From a virus (taxonomy: Duplodnaviria; Caudoviricetes): DNA of 63,262 nucleotides. The DNA lies in IMG/VR virus record IMGVR_UViG_3300031951_000146, positions 1-63,262 of that record; one strand, 5' to 3'. How positions within the stretch are numbered: the stretch's first letter is position 1; the number at the start of each line of letters is the position of its first letter. Shown here piece after piece: positions 27,836-36,655 of this stretch. Made by a program: the position numbers and the translations under genes. Under the pieces are notes generated by a model. That model worked only from the letters and a program-made list of their open reading frames with translations, searched no databases and was not told the origin of the DNA.

Positions 27836-30800
27836 CTAGGCGTCCCGCTTTCCTCCGCTTTGGTACTGGACAAGAAGGACTTGGAAAACCGTGGGAGGTA
27901 CGAGAGTCTTTTGATCTTCGTCTCGGGACACTCGGAACGACAAACAACGCCCTTCCTTTGCCACGTTAGCCATCGTCGTTGCAGGCTTGTAGTCCGTCGT
28001 TGGAGTCGCTCCGGGATTCCTCGGGAGGCTCAACGGGATAGTGGTCGTGGAATACGAACTTTCGTCGTAGTCCTTTGCAACCGTAATGGTATACGGTCCG
28101 TATCCGCGAGTCAAGCCGTCTGCTCGAATCTTCCGAATGGTGTTGTCTTTAAACGGGTCTTTGTACGAGAACGCCGTATCAAAGAATGCTTCGTACCACG
28201 ACCCATCGAACCCCAACCCATTCTCAAACTCGTACACGTACTGGGAAGCACTTTGTGAGATGCCCGACTTCGGGGAGTAATGAGCCATATGGATGCGCTC
28301 CTTTCCGTCGTTGTCAACTTGAGACGAGTGGCAAATGGGTACGAAGTAGTCGTCCCGATCTTCGTTGAGGTAGTATTGGCCGTAGGTGAAAGCTCCCGAT
28401 CCGTCCGGCATAGCCGTGTAGATGAGGAAGAACCCATCTCGGAAGAAGATGCGGTACTGGTTCTTGCTACGAACCGGGACTGCACACACCACGCCCGCTG
28501 TGTTGTTGACCTCGAACAAGTTGTCCGAACGAGTCATACGAGGAAGAAGCCAAGGTGTGACCTTCTGAGAGATTCGGTAGCCGACAAAATTGCCGTACCG
28601 CTGTGATTGCTCCAACGTAGAGATACCACGGTAGTCGCAGTACAAAGGCTGACCGCCGTTGTCCACCACCGTGTACTCGATAGCGCCCGAGTACGGACTC
28701 AAGACTTCCACGTTGAATGTCTCAGCAGAATCCCCGAGGATGGTGTAGATCGACCCATCACAGAACACACCGAGGGCTTTGCCTCGCATCCCCAGCAAGC
28801 CGGTTACGCGGTCGCCTACGCCCACCTCTGCCGCACCCGCTAGTCCATCAAAGTTCTCGGGTTCTCCCGGCACAGAGAAGCGCACAGTGCCGTCCCGGTA
28901 GCCAAGGGCTAGGTGGTACTGGTGAAAGGCGATGTGTCGAGGCTTGTCCTCATCGGGAACGATGGTGTTGGTAGTGATGAACTGGACGTACTGTTCCTCG
29001 TCCCCGTCGTTATCCGCATCAAAGGCGGCGAATGAAAAGGCTTTCCCCGCACCGGAGACTCCGTAGAACCCGTCCCAGTCTTCTCGGGCAAAGAAGTTTG
29101 CCGTGATAAACTGGTATCGAGAACCTTCGGAAAGGATGTCCTTCAAAGGCGCAAACCCGTTCAAGGTCATGGCACCTGTGACATCGGCTACCTTTCGGGA
29201 CAGAGCTTCGTCTAGGAAGATTTCATCCCCGGACTTGATCGTGAACTTATCCTCTGTCCAAGCGGGATCGTTGCCCTTTTGGTTGGTGACGTTCACAACT
29301 TGAAGCTCACCCACAGCATCCGAGTTCCGGAGCTGGCCGCTGGTCACAGTGTTCTTTACCAGATCGAAGGTCAAGACTCGGGAGGTGCTGCCTGCCTCGC
29401 GGACGTAGTACCGAGCACTCGGCTCATCGTAGTAAATCTTGATGAACAACGAATCGAAGCTGAGACGGGTAGCGCCCACCAGACCAAAGGGGTCCGCGCT
29501 TACGGCTGTCACCTTGATTCCGGGGGTGGGGTTAGCCGCATTCTCTCCATAAAGGATCAGGCCGAACCCTTGGTCATCGAAGTCTTCCCGGTCGAAGTCC
29601 ACCAACCCAAACAGGTCAGCCGTGCCTCCGATGGTTAAAGTCGTATCAGACCCAAGAGCGTACAGTCCCTCAACCGTGTGATCCGTGACACCCGTGGTGG
29701 TGCTCCAAGTGTACGAAGCCCGCGTAGCGGGAAGGGGAAGGGTAGCTGAGCGCTTCTGGCCTTTCGTCTCGAACTTGCCCGCTTCCGTGTTGTACGATCC
29801 GAACTGAGCTGAGCAAAGGAACAGGTTGTTGACTTGGGAGATAAGGGCCGTCTCGGCATTTGCTGCGGTAGCGTAGGTAGCAATCGGCATCAAGCCATTT
29901 ACTCCAAAGGCCACCTTGATCTGACCACTGATCTCGATACCCGACACTTGTGCGTCTCGGGGAATCTGGTCAAAGATCGGACCCAGTCCGAGGAACATCA
30001 TCGGAGAGCGGGCCGAGGACACGCCTGCGGCTTGTGTACCGCTAGCCGGTAGGGCGATAGGGTCTACGCTTGCAAGGCGCTGCTGGACGCTGGCAGGCTG
30101 GTTATTGACGATGGCGTTAGCGATGCGAGTAGTAAGACCATCTGAGACTCGCACACCGAAGTCAATATCTCCGTGGAGGTACACTCCGTCGTCCGTCTCA
30201 AGAGCTGTGTCATCCGCAGCAAACCCCGAGACATCTCGCCAACCCGGCTCGTTCGGAGTGATCTCCGTGTTGTCCGGTGAGACATCCGTCCCATTAAACC
30301 ACAGGGCACTCAAGCCTTGTTTGTCATCCGATCCGAACTGGAAGTTGTTGTCGGTGGCTCGTTCGACGGCTCGAAGGGTATCTGCAAAAGAGAAGCCGTT
30401 GTTATAGGGAACAACCCAACCGGACTCGATGTATTCCCATCCGGGGCTAGGCTCATCCTTGGTACGCCACAGTCCCGCGAAGGTGGGCTGCGGGTCAGAA
30501 GCCGTCAGGACTCGGGCTGTGAACAGATTGAGGAAGTAGTTGTTGGCGGGGTCGTTCCAGTTACCACTGTTTGGAACTTCAATCAAGGCGTCGAAGTTAC
30601 CGGAGGTGGGGGGTACTTGGTTGAAGGCAGTGTCCACTCCGTCGAAGAACGGAACAGGCTCGATCAAGACCATACCTACCGCATTGCCGGTCAACCAAGC
30701 TCCGCTTTGCAACACCACATCAAGTACTCGGCAACAGAACGTGTTGGCCTGATCTCGAAGGATCATGTTGGGCTCGATGAGGGCAACTACCGTAGGAGGC

Positions 30801-31462
30801 CCCGGTACAAGAATGCCACCACCACTGGTGAATCCCATACGCAGCTCGTCAACCACAGCGTACAGCCGATCACGATACCAGTGGACACCGATGGGTTGGT
30901 TGGGAAGAGCGTCGATCTGAGCGCGGAGTACATCGTTCCAACCCTCGAATCGAGCATAGATGTCCGCTGCGTTTTCGTCGTCGGTGAACTGTGTGTACGG
31001 CACAGGGGCGCTAAGAGGCTCGAACGGAGCCGTCAATCCGCCCGCGTTGTACACCTCAAGAGTCTCCCCGCTCGATGGAGTAAGATCGGCTGAGAAGCGT
31101 GCGTACACGATGTATTGCCGAGAGTCTTGGACAAGTCGCTCGACAATCACACCGTAACGGTTTGCGGGGGTGGCTTGGGATCGGAACTTATCTCCCGCCC
31201 CCGGAGGGATGGGGGAGTTGTCAAGGTCAAGCTCGAACACATAGAACTCTACTTGATCGGGAGAGAGACTCCCATCGTACCGATCAAACCCAGAAAGAGT
31301 CTGGTAGCCTAGACGATCCACCACCTCGAAGTTAAGACAATCCCGAAGGGCACCCTTGTCCACTTGGAGGTTGGATGTGGTGAGGTCTAGTCCTTGGTTG
31401 AGGACAATCCCATCGTTCTCCAACTCGACCGGGGGGTTGACCTTAGAATTGAGTTGTGTCAT
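27836..31462 (-). CDS. Tail nozzle/stabilisation-like protein with a large inserted region (about 1208 aa)
   Basis: N-terminal GLDL..GALRDCLNFE and C-terminal beta-propeller-like segment (FHQYHLALG, FSVPGEP). Start at MTQLNSK. Confidence 0.65.
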   Translation of the reverse strand: MTQLNSKVNPPVELENDGIVLNQGLDLTTSNLQVDKGALRDCLNFEVVDRLGYQTLSGFDRYDGSLSPDQVEFYVFELDLDNSPIPPGAGDKFRSQATPANRYGVIVERLVQDSRQYIVYARFSADLTPSSGETLEVYNAGGLTAPFEPLSAPVPYTQFTDDENAADIYARFEGWNDVLRAQIDALPNQPIGVHWYRDRLYAVVDELRMGFTSGGGILVPGPPTVVALIEPNMILRDQANTFCCRVLDVVLQSGAWLTGNAVGMVLIEPVPFFDGVDTAFNQVPPTSGNFDALIEVPNSGNWNDPANNYFLNLFTARVLTASDPQPTFAGLWRTKDEPSPGWEYIESGWVVPYNNGFSFADTLRAVERATDNNFQFGSDDKQGLSALWFNGTDVSPDNTEITPNEPGWRDVSGFAADDTALETDDGVYLHGDIDFGVRVSDGLTTRIANAIVNNQPASVQQRLASVDPIALPASGTQAAGVSSARSPMMFLGLGPIFDQIPRDAQVSGIEISGQIKVAFGVNGLMPIATYATAANAETALISQVNNLFLCSAQFGSYNTEAGKFETKGQKRSATLPLPATRASYTWSTTTGVTDHTVEGLYALGSDTTLTIGGTADLFGLVDFDREDFDDQGFGLILYGENAANPTPGIKVTAVSADPFGLVGATRLSFDSLFIKIYYDEPSARYYVREAGSTSRVLTFDLVKNTVTSGQLRNSDAVGELQVVNVTNQKGNDPAWTEDKFTIKSGDEIFLDEALSRKVADVTGAMTLNGFAPLKDILSEGSRYQFITANFFAREDWDGFYGVSGAGKAFSFAAFDADNDGDEEQYVQFITTNTIVPDEDKPRHIAFHQYHLALGYRDGTVRFSVPGEPENFDGLAGAAEVGVGDRVTGLLGMRGKALGVFCDGSIYTILGDSAETFNVEVLSPYSGAIEYTVVDNGGQPLYCDYRGISTLEQSQRYGNFVGYRISQKVTPWLLPRMTRSDNLFEVNNTAGVVCAVPVRSKNQYRIFFRDGFFLIYTAMPDGSGAFTYGQYYLNEDRDDYFVPICHSSQVDNDGKERIHMAHYSPKSGISQSASQYVYEFENGLGFDGSWYEAFFDTAFSYKDPFKDNTIRKIRADGLTRGYGPYTITVAKDYDESSYSTTTIPLSLPRNPGATPTTDYKPATTMANVAKEGRCLSFRVSRDEDQKTLVPPTVFQVLLVQYQSGGKRDA

Positions 31463-32375
31463 AAGGATTGAATCCAAAAGTGATGGTGGGGAGTTTGTTC
31501 GTTTCCAAGGTGTTCTGGTAGAACTTGTACCGACGCTCTGCCCGAGCAAACACTTGAGGCTTCTCGTCGTAGTCTGCGTAGTTCATCAAGGCTCGCCACA
31601 CGATAGCGTCGTGGTACTCCGTGGGAAGAGTCGGCTCATCGTCGTCATCGGTCAGCTCTTGGGGGCTGGTCACGTAATCGTACCAAATTCGGTACTGTTT
31701 TTGGGGACGAGGGAAGAAGTCCCACTCACCATCCTGAGTCTCGGTGACGAACATCGGTTCTCCGAAGGAGGCCGTTCCCGAGGTGTTGGCAAGCTGCTGG
31801 AAGTTTTCCCAAGAGACGAAGTTCAACCTACGACGATCTGACCCATCCACATTCTGGATGTAGAAGGATGCCTTGTTGATCTCGAACGTACCTGCCGTGT
31901 CGGCAACAAAGTTGTACTGACCAAACCACTTGAGCTGGAATACGTTAACGTTGGCGGGAGTAGGATCGACCTCATCAAAGGTCTCTCCGAACACCCAGCC
32001 AGCCGTATCCACATCATCAAGGTCAAGGTAAGCGGCAGCCGTACCAGCCGACCAAGAACCTTCGATCAACTGCACTGCCTTGACGGTGATGTTCTTCTCG
32101 GTGGTATCACCCTCAAAGACCGAATCCACCGGAGGTGCGGTGGGCCGATCCCCGAGGATTACTTTCACTCGGGGTCGGATAAGGGACATCTGGGTTTTGG
32201 TTTTGAACTCCCACTCGTTCCTAGACATCTGGATTTCAAACCAAGCGTCTCGAACGTAGTTCTTGAAACGAGTGTACATGGGGTCGGAAGGGGAGGCGAA
32301 AGTACCCGTAGTCAAGGGGTCAAGCTCAACACCCGCTTCCAAGATTGTACGATTTGTGAGCTGAAGAAAATCCAT
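31443..32375 (-). CDS. Head-tail adaptor / tail tubular protein A-like
   Basis: MDFLQLTNR N-terminus; PTLPTEYHDAIVWRAL. Confidence 0.7.
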   Translation of the reverse strand: MDFLQLTNRTILEAGVELDPLTTGTFASPSDPMYTRFKNYVRDAWFEIQMSRNEWEFKTKTQMSLIRPRVKVILGDRPTAPPVDSVFEGDTTEKNITVKAVQLIEGSWSAGTAAAYLDLDDVDTAGWVFGETFDEVDPTPANVNVFQLKWFGQYNFVADTAGTFEINKASFYIQNVDGSDRRRLNFVSWENFQQLANTSGTASFGEPMFVTETQDGEWDFFPRPQKQYRIWYDYVTSPQELTDDDDEPTLPTEYHDAIVWRALMNYADYDEKPQVFARAERRYKFYQNTLETNKLPTITFGFNPYDTTQF

Positions 32376-32410
32376 CGTTCTTTACTTTTCGCCTCCCGGT
32401 GGGTTGGTGG

Positions 32411-32677
32411 TTATCCTGTTTGAATTGCTGAGACGTAGCCGCCCCAAAGTATGCGAGGGCCTTGTATGTCTAAGATGTAGACTTCCCGGCGAGGGGGAGA
32501 AATCGGACCTTCTGGGAGTTCAACATCAAACCCCTCGAAGGGACCGCCTCCTAAGAAATCGGCACAGGCGTTCAAGGCTTCTTGTTTCGTGTCGTAGCCG
32601 CCATTCACAAAACGCGGAGAGACGTGCGTAAAACCACCTATGCTCAAGGAGCCTACAAGTAGGAATCTCTTAGCCAT
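32411..32677 (-). CDS. Hypothetical protein
   Basis: Operon packing. Confidence 0.5.
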   Translation of the reverse strand: MAKRFLLVGSLSIGGFTHVSPRFVNGGYDTKQEALNACADFLGGGPFEGFDVELPEGPISPPRREVYILDIQGPRILWGGYVSAIQTG

Positions 32678-32684
32678 ATCGGTA

Positions 32685-33332
32685 TCACTTCGAGTCGGTA
32701 AGGATGGCCTTCGTCTCGGGGCTGAGATTGCCCGAGGCCAGTTCCTTAAACTTCAACTCGTTGATCTTGTCTTGGAACTCGCGCTGTTCAGCGCTCTTCG
32801 GCCAACGACCAAAGATAGCGCGGAACTTCTGGCGAACACTCTGCTCTTCCTTGGTGCGAGTCGTGGGGGCAACCGAGATGGAATCGTCTCGACCGTACTC
32901 TCGGTACGGGTAGGCGATAGCCAACTGGGTTACGGTGTACTTGTTGCCATCGGGACCATTCTGTTCCTTGTGGGTGAACGAGGTGGCGTCACCGAGGCAC
33001 GAGTCAACGACTTCGTAAGGAAGCTCCACAACGGTGTTGAGAGGAACCATCGTCTTGAACGTACCGTTGAAGTTCAACGGAATCGGGGCGGGGTTCTCTT
33101 CACCGAAATGGGGAATCTCGATGCGGGCGTAGCCCGGCTGGATCGGCTGGCTCAGGTCGTCAATGACACGAGCAATCACTCGGTCACGCTGGCGAGCACC
33201 AATCGCCTTTCGGTATTCGTCTTCACCCCAGTCCTTCAGGGCCGAGATGTTCATGCTCTTGGCCGTCTTCTTCAGTTCGGCAAGGCCCATCTTGGCAAGG
33301 TTGGTCTTCGGGGCGGCGGTCTTCGTGGTCAT
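32685..33332 (-). CDS. Head-module protein (position analogous to N4 gp55)
   Basis: AGGAG RBS; synteny. Confidence 0.55.
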   Translation of the reverse strand: MTTKTAAPKTNLAKMGLAELKKTAKSMNISALKDWGEDEYRKAIGARQRDRVIARVIDDLSQPIQPGYARIEIPHFGEENPAPIPLNFNGTFKTMVPLNTVVELPYEVVDSCLGDATSFTHKEQNGPDGNKYTVTQLAIAYPYREYGRDDSISVAPTTRTKEEQSVRQKFRAIFGRWPKSAEQREFQDKINELKFKELASGNLSPETKAILTDSK

Positions 33333-33402
33333 AGCTTTGTGATCTCCTAGTTGTGGGGACGACGGGATTGTTCCCGCTCGGATGACGTTTTCTGCTGAAA
33401 TG

Positions 33403-33444
33403 AAAAGGGGGAGGAGAGAGGGTCATCTCCTCAACTCCTCCCCC
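33403..33444 (-). terminator. Terminator after the capsid/decoration genes
   Basis: On the - strand, GGGGAGGAG...CTCCTCCCC followed by CTTTT. Confidence 0.65.
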
Positions 33445-33483
33445 AAGGGGTGCCACATCCTTGTGGCCCGCTAGTCCCGAGGA

Positions 33484-34083
33484 TTAGTCGAGGTCAGCGG
33501 TTTCGTTCGTGTAGTTGTACGAGTCGCTACCCGAGAACTCGCCCGGGGTGATCGGCAGGCCGCTGTACTCAATCAGCACATCGATGAAGCCGTCCGAGGT
33601 GATAGCGCCGTTGGCGGTCGTGGTCACTTCGTACACCAGATCAACGGTGCCGGTGATGACACCCGAGTTAGCGAACTCGTTGTCCAGAGCCGACTGGCCC
33701 GCGACGTAGGTAGCAACACCGCCCGCCTGAAGCGGAACCGCGTTGAGGGTGACGAAGTAGTCCGTGTCATCGCCAGCAGAGGTGCCAGCAATATACGGAT
33801 TACTGGTTGCGTTGTACGGCTTGCTCGGGTCGCGAACAGCCCGCTCGTAGCCAAGCTGCGCCACCAAGGCCGGGGAACCGCCACCGTCCAGATCAGTAGC
33901 CCGAACCGTGATGCGGTGGATCGGCACTTGTGAGGCGATGCGGGCGATGCGGATGAAATCACCATCCGTGAGGCGAGTACCAGAGGGCAGCTTGACTCGG
34001 GCGGAAGTGGTGCCAAGGCCCTGACTGTTACCCTGAATCGGCAGCGCGCCGTCCAGCATCAGGTTGGAAATAAAGATTGCCAT
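33484..34083 (-). CDS. Putative capsid decoration / minor capsid protein
   Basis: Directly after the major capsid gene; strong AAGGAGG RBS; biased codon use. Confidence 0.6.
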   Translation of the reverse strand: MAIFISNLMLDGALPIQGNSQGLGTTSARVKLPSGTRLTDGDFIRIARIASQVPIHRITVRATDLDGGGSPALVAQLGYERAVRDPSKPYNATSNPYIAGTSAGDDTDYFVTLNAVPLQAGGVATYVAGQSALDNEFANSGVITGTVDLVYEVTTTANGAITSDGFIDVLIEYSGLPITPGEFSGSDSYNYTNETADLD

Positions 34084-34115
34084 TTGTGTGTTCCTCCTTT
34101 AGAGATTAGTTGGGA

Positions 34116-35126
34116 TTAGACCGAGCACGCGGCTTCGATGCGGACACCCCAACGCTCGTTCAGGCGGGTCACGGCGTACCAGAACACGTACGAGGCAAAA
34201 CCACGCTCGCCGGTCGGGTCGTCCTTGGTGGCCTTACCAGCCGGCTCAACCGTCACCTTGACGTTGCCAGCACCGCTCAGGTTGGTGATACCAAAGAAGT
34301 TCTGAGCCATGACCACAACCGGGTACACGTCCAGAGCCACGCCATCACGCGAACGCTCGGTAGCGGTAGCGGTGTTACCAGCGCCCCAGAACGGCTCAAG
34401 GTGCGGGGTCAGGCAGAAACGGATGCCTTCGCACGAACCAACCTCGTACGTGTTCAGGGTGGAACCCGAACCGTAGCGGTGGCTCTCAACGAACTTGTCC
34501 ATGTCACGCAGGTCGCCGTCCAGATCGCGGTGGCCCACACCCACAAAGCTCGGCTGGACCGGCTCGGTGGCCTGACCCGTCGAGGCATTCAGCTTTGAGG
34601 TCAGGAACATACCGTGGTTGTTGCTCAGGACGTTGGTGGCCTTACGGACTTCCGCGAGGGTGATAACGTCGTCAACCGTAGCGCGGCTGGTAGCCGTACC
34701 TGCGTACGTGACCTGAGTACCGCCACGGATGGCTTCCCAAGTCAGCAGTTCCTTCTGAGTCGCAGCACGCTTGACCAGCTCTTCGGTCATGTCGGACAGC
34801 TTGACATCCGAGTGAAGCTGCTGGAAGTGGTCGGTGATCTGAACGTACGCACCAAACTTACGGATGCGGTTCGAGGTGTTTTCCTTCTGGAAGTTCAGCG
34901 GGGTCGGGGTCTGGCCCTCAACCATCGCATCGGTCGGGACATCGAACGGCACGAAGCGCTGCCACACGATGTTCTCGCCCTTGTTCTTCGGGAGGTCGGT
35001 ACGACTACCCAGCTTTTCCAGCATGAGCCAAGGCTGGGCATTGACCAGCGCCTTGGGGACGGCATAAAGATCGACGCGCTGCTGGAGCGAGGCGCTACCG
35101 TACTGAATAAAACCCTGATTCGACAT
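34116..35126 (-). CDS. Major capsid protein, N4-gp56 family
   Basis: LEKLG..LPKNKG, TYEVGSCEGIRF, VYPVVV, DPTGERG. Confidence 0.85.
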   Translation of the reverse strand: MSNQGFIQYGSASLQQRVDLYAVPKALVNAQPWLMLEKLGSRTDLPKNKGENIVWQRFVPFDVPTDAMVEGQTPTPLNFQKENTSNRIRKFGAYVQITDHFQQLHSDVKLSDMTEELVKRAATQKELLTWEAIRGGTQVTYAGTATSRATVDDVITLAEVRKATNVLSNNHGMFLTSKLNASTGQATEPVQPSFVGVGHRDLDGDLRDMDKFVESHRYGSGSTLNTYEVGSCEGIRFCLTPHLEPFWGAGNTATATERSRDGVALDVYPVVVMAQNFFGITNLSGAGNVKVTVEPAGKATKDDPTGERGFASYVFWYAVTRLNERWGVRIEAACSV

Positions 35127-35174
35127 TTGGATGAATCCTCCGTGATTCGATTAAAGATGGACTGATCGGGCGGG

Positions 35175-36398
35175 TTACTTGAGTCCGCCCTTCTCAGCTA
35201 GTGCGTAAGCCCTTTCCATGATCTTCATGTACTCGGGAGAATCAGGGTCAAGGCCAGCGGCGCTCTGGATGAGTTCTTCAATGGTGTTACCCCCTCGACC
35301 CGCCGGAGGCGGACTCGATTTGACCGGGGCTGCTGCCGTGGAGGAAACCATCTTCGATTGACGGTTGGCTTGAACCTGAGCCGCCCGAGGATCAACCTCG
35401 GACTGGGCACTCTTGGGTGGTTCGTTATTGGGACTAGGCTGAGTGTACCCGTGAGCCGCGTTGTACCGTTCCGCCCACGGGACATACAATCGCATGAGCG
35501 CCTCGTAGGCGTCGGCACTAGGCTCGTTGGCAGCAGCTTGGAACTGGGGCGGAAGAGTCGTAAGGAACTCTTGCCAAGGACTCCAGCCTCGCTGGTCAAC
35601 ATAGTCGATGACTTGAAGAGCACCCGGCACTCGCCGCTCAAGTTCGTACCGCTCCCGCTCAATCGTCAGTTCGGCCTTCTGCTGCTCGAACTCGCGCTTG
35701 AAGTCTAGAATGGAGGGGTCAATAACTGGCTGAGTGGGAGTTGCTCGGTTAGCAATCTCTTCAAGGAAAGCGTCTCGAAGCGTCTTCAGAGAGGTTGCCA
35801 ACTCTGGATCGGTGCGTTCGAGATTTCCAATCTGCTCGTTTAGCGCCTTGAGCTTGGCGTTGTCCGAGTTGACCTGAGCGGGGGTGCGGTTGTCCGACGC
35901 GGGCGGGTTAGCCGGGGTGGACGCTAGCTTGTGCTCAAGCTGTTCACGAGCCTTGCGCTCGTTCTCGTACTTCTCTTTGTAAGCGGTGATCCGCCCGATG
36001 TCACTCTTGTACTTCTGCTCGTGGTACTCTCGCGCTTTGCGCTCTTGGTCAAGACGCTGGAGAACTAGGTCGCGTACTTTCGGGTCAAGAGAAGCGAGCC
36101 AGTCTTCCGTCTCCGAAGTACCGCCTTCCTTGGCGGGTTCTTCCGTAACTGAAGTCGCTTGCTCGGTCGGTTTGGCCTCTTCAGTCTGGGGCGGGGGGGT
36201 TTCCTCGGCCTCGGGTTCTGCGGGCTTCTTGCCGAACAAGGCGTTGATCTCGTTCTCGACAGTGGCGATCTTGTCTTTGTCACCACTCTCTAGGGCTTCG
36301 ATGTAACGGGCTTGTAGCTCTTCGTTAGGATCAGCCTCTAGTTGGTCCGAATTGTACACCTGATCTTCTGAAGTGTCAACAGTTGTGTCTTGACTCAT
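35175..36398 (-). CDS. Scaffolding-like protein
   Basis: Acidic coiled coil between portal and major capsid genes. Confidence 0.7.
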   Translation of the reverse strand: MSQDTTVDTSEDQVYNSDQLEADPNEELQARYIEALESGDKDKIATVENEINALFGKKPAEPEAEETPPPQTEEAKPTEQATSVTEEPAKEGGTSETEDWLASLDPKVRDLVLQRLDQERKAREYHEQKYKSDIGRITAYKEKYENERKAREQLEHKLASTPANPPASDNRTPAQVNSDNAKLKALNEQIGNLERTDPELATSLKTLRDAFLEEIANRATPTQPVIDPSILDFKREFEQQKAELTIERERYELERRVPGALQVIDYVDQRGWSPWQEFLTTLPPQFQAAANEPSADAYEALMRLYVPWAERYNAAHGYTQPSPNNEPPKSAQSEVDPRAAQVQANRQSKMVSSTAAAPVKSSPPPAGRGGNTIEELIQSAAGLDPDSPEYMKIMERAYALAEKGGLK

Positions 36399-36448
36399 CT
36401 TGGTAATCTCCTATTTAGGTCGGCCTCTTGGGGCGGACGGATAGCGGG

Positions 36449-36652
36449 TTAAATGTCGCTGATGTGTTTCAGCAGTTCAGAGCAAAGAAGGATACGACCC
36501 CGCATCTTGTCGGATTCCTTTTCGTCCGTGGCCCGAATAAGACCTTGGACAGCTTTGGTGTGTTTATCGAGGATGAGAGCCTCCAGCCATTGAAGACTGG
36601 AGGACTCTTTATCCACGAAGAAGGTAGCGTTTTCTACTCTCTTCTCGGCCAT
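36449..36652 (-). CDS. Small protein downstream of the portal
   Basis: KMRGRI motif typical of post-portal small genes. Confidence 0.6.
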   Translation of the reverse strand: MAEKRVENATFFVDKESSSLQWLEALILDKHTKAVQGLIRATDEKESDKMRGRILLCSELLKHISDI

Positions 36653-36655
36653 TTG

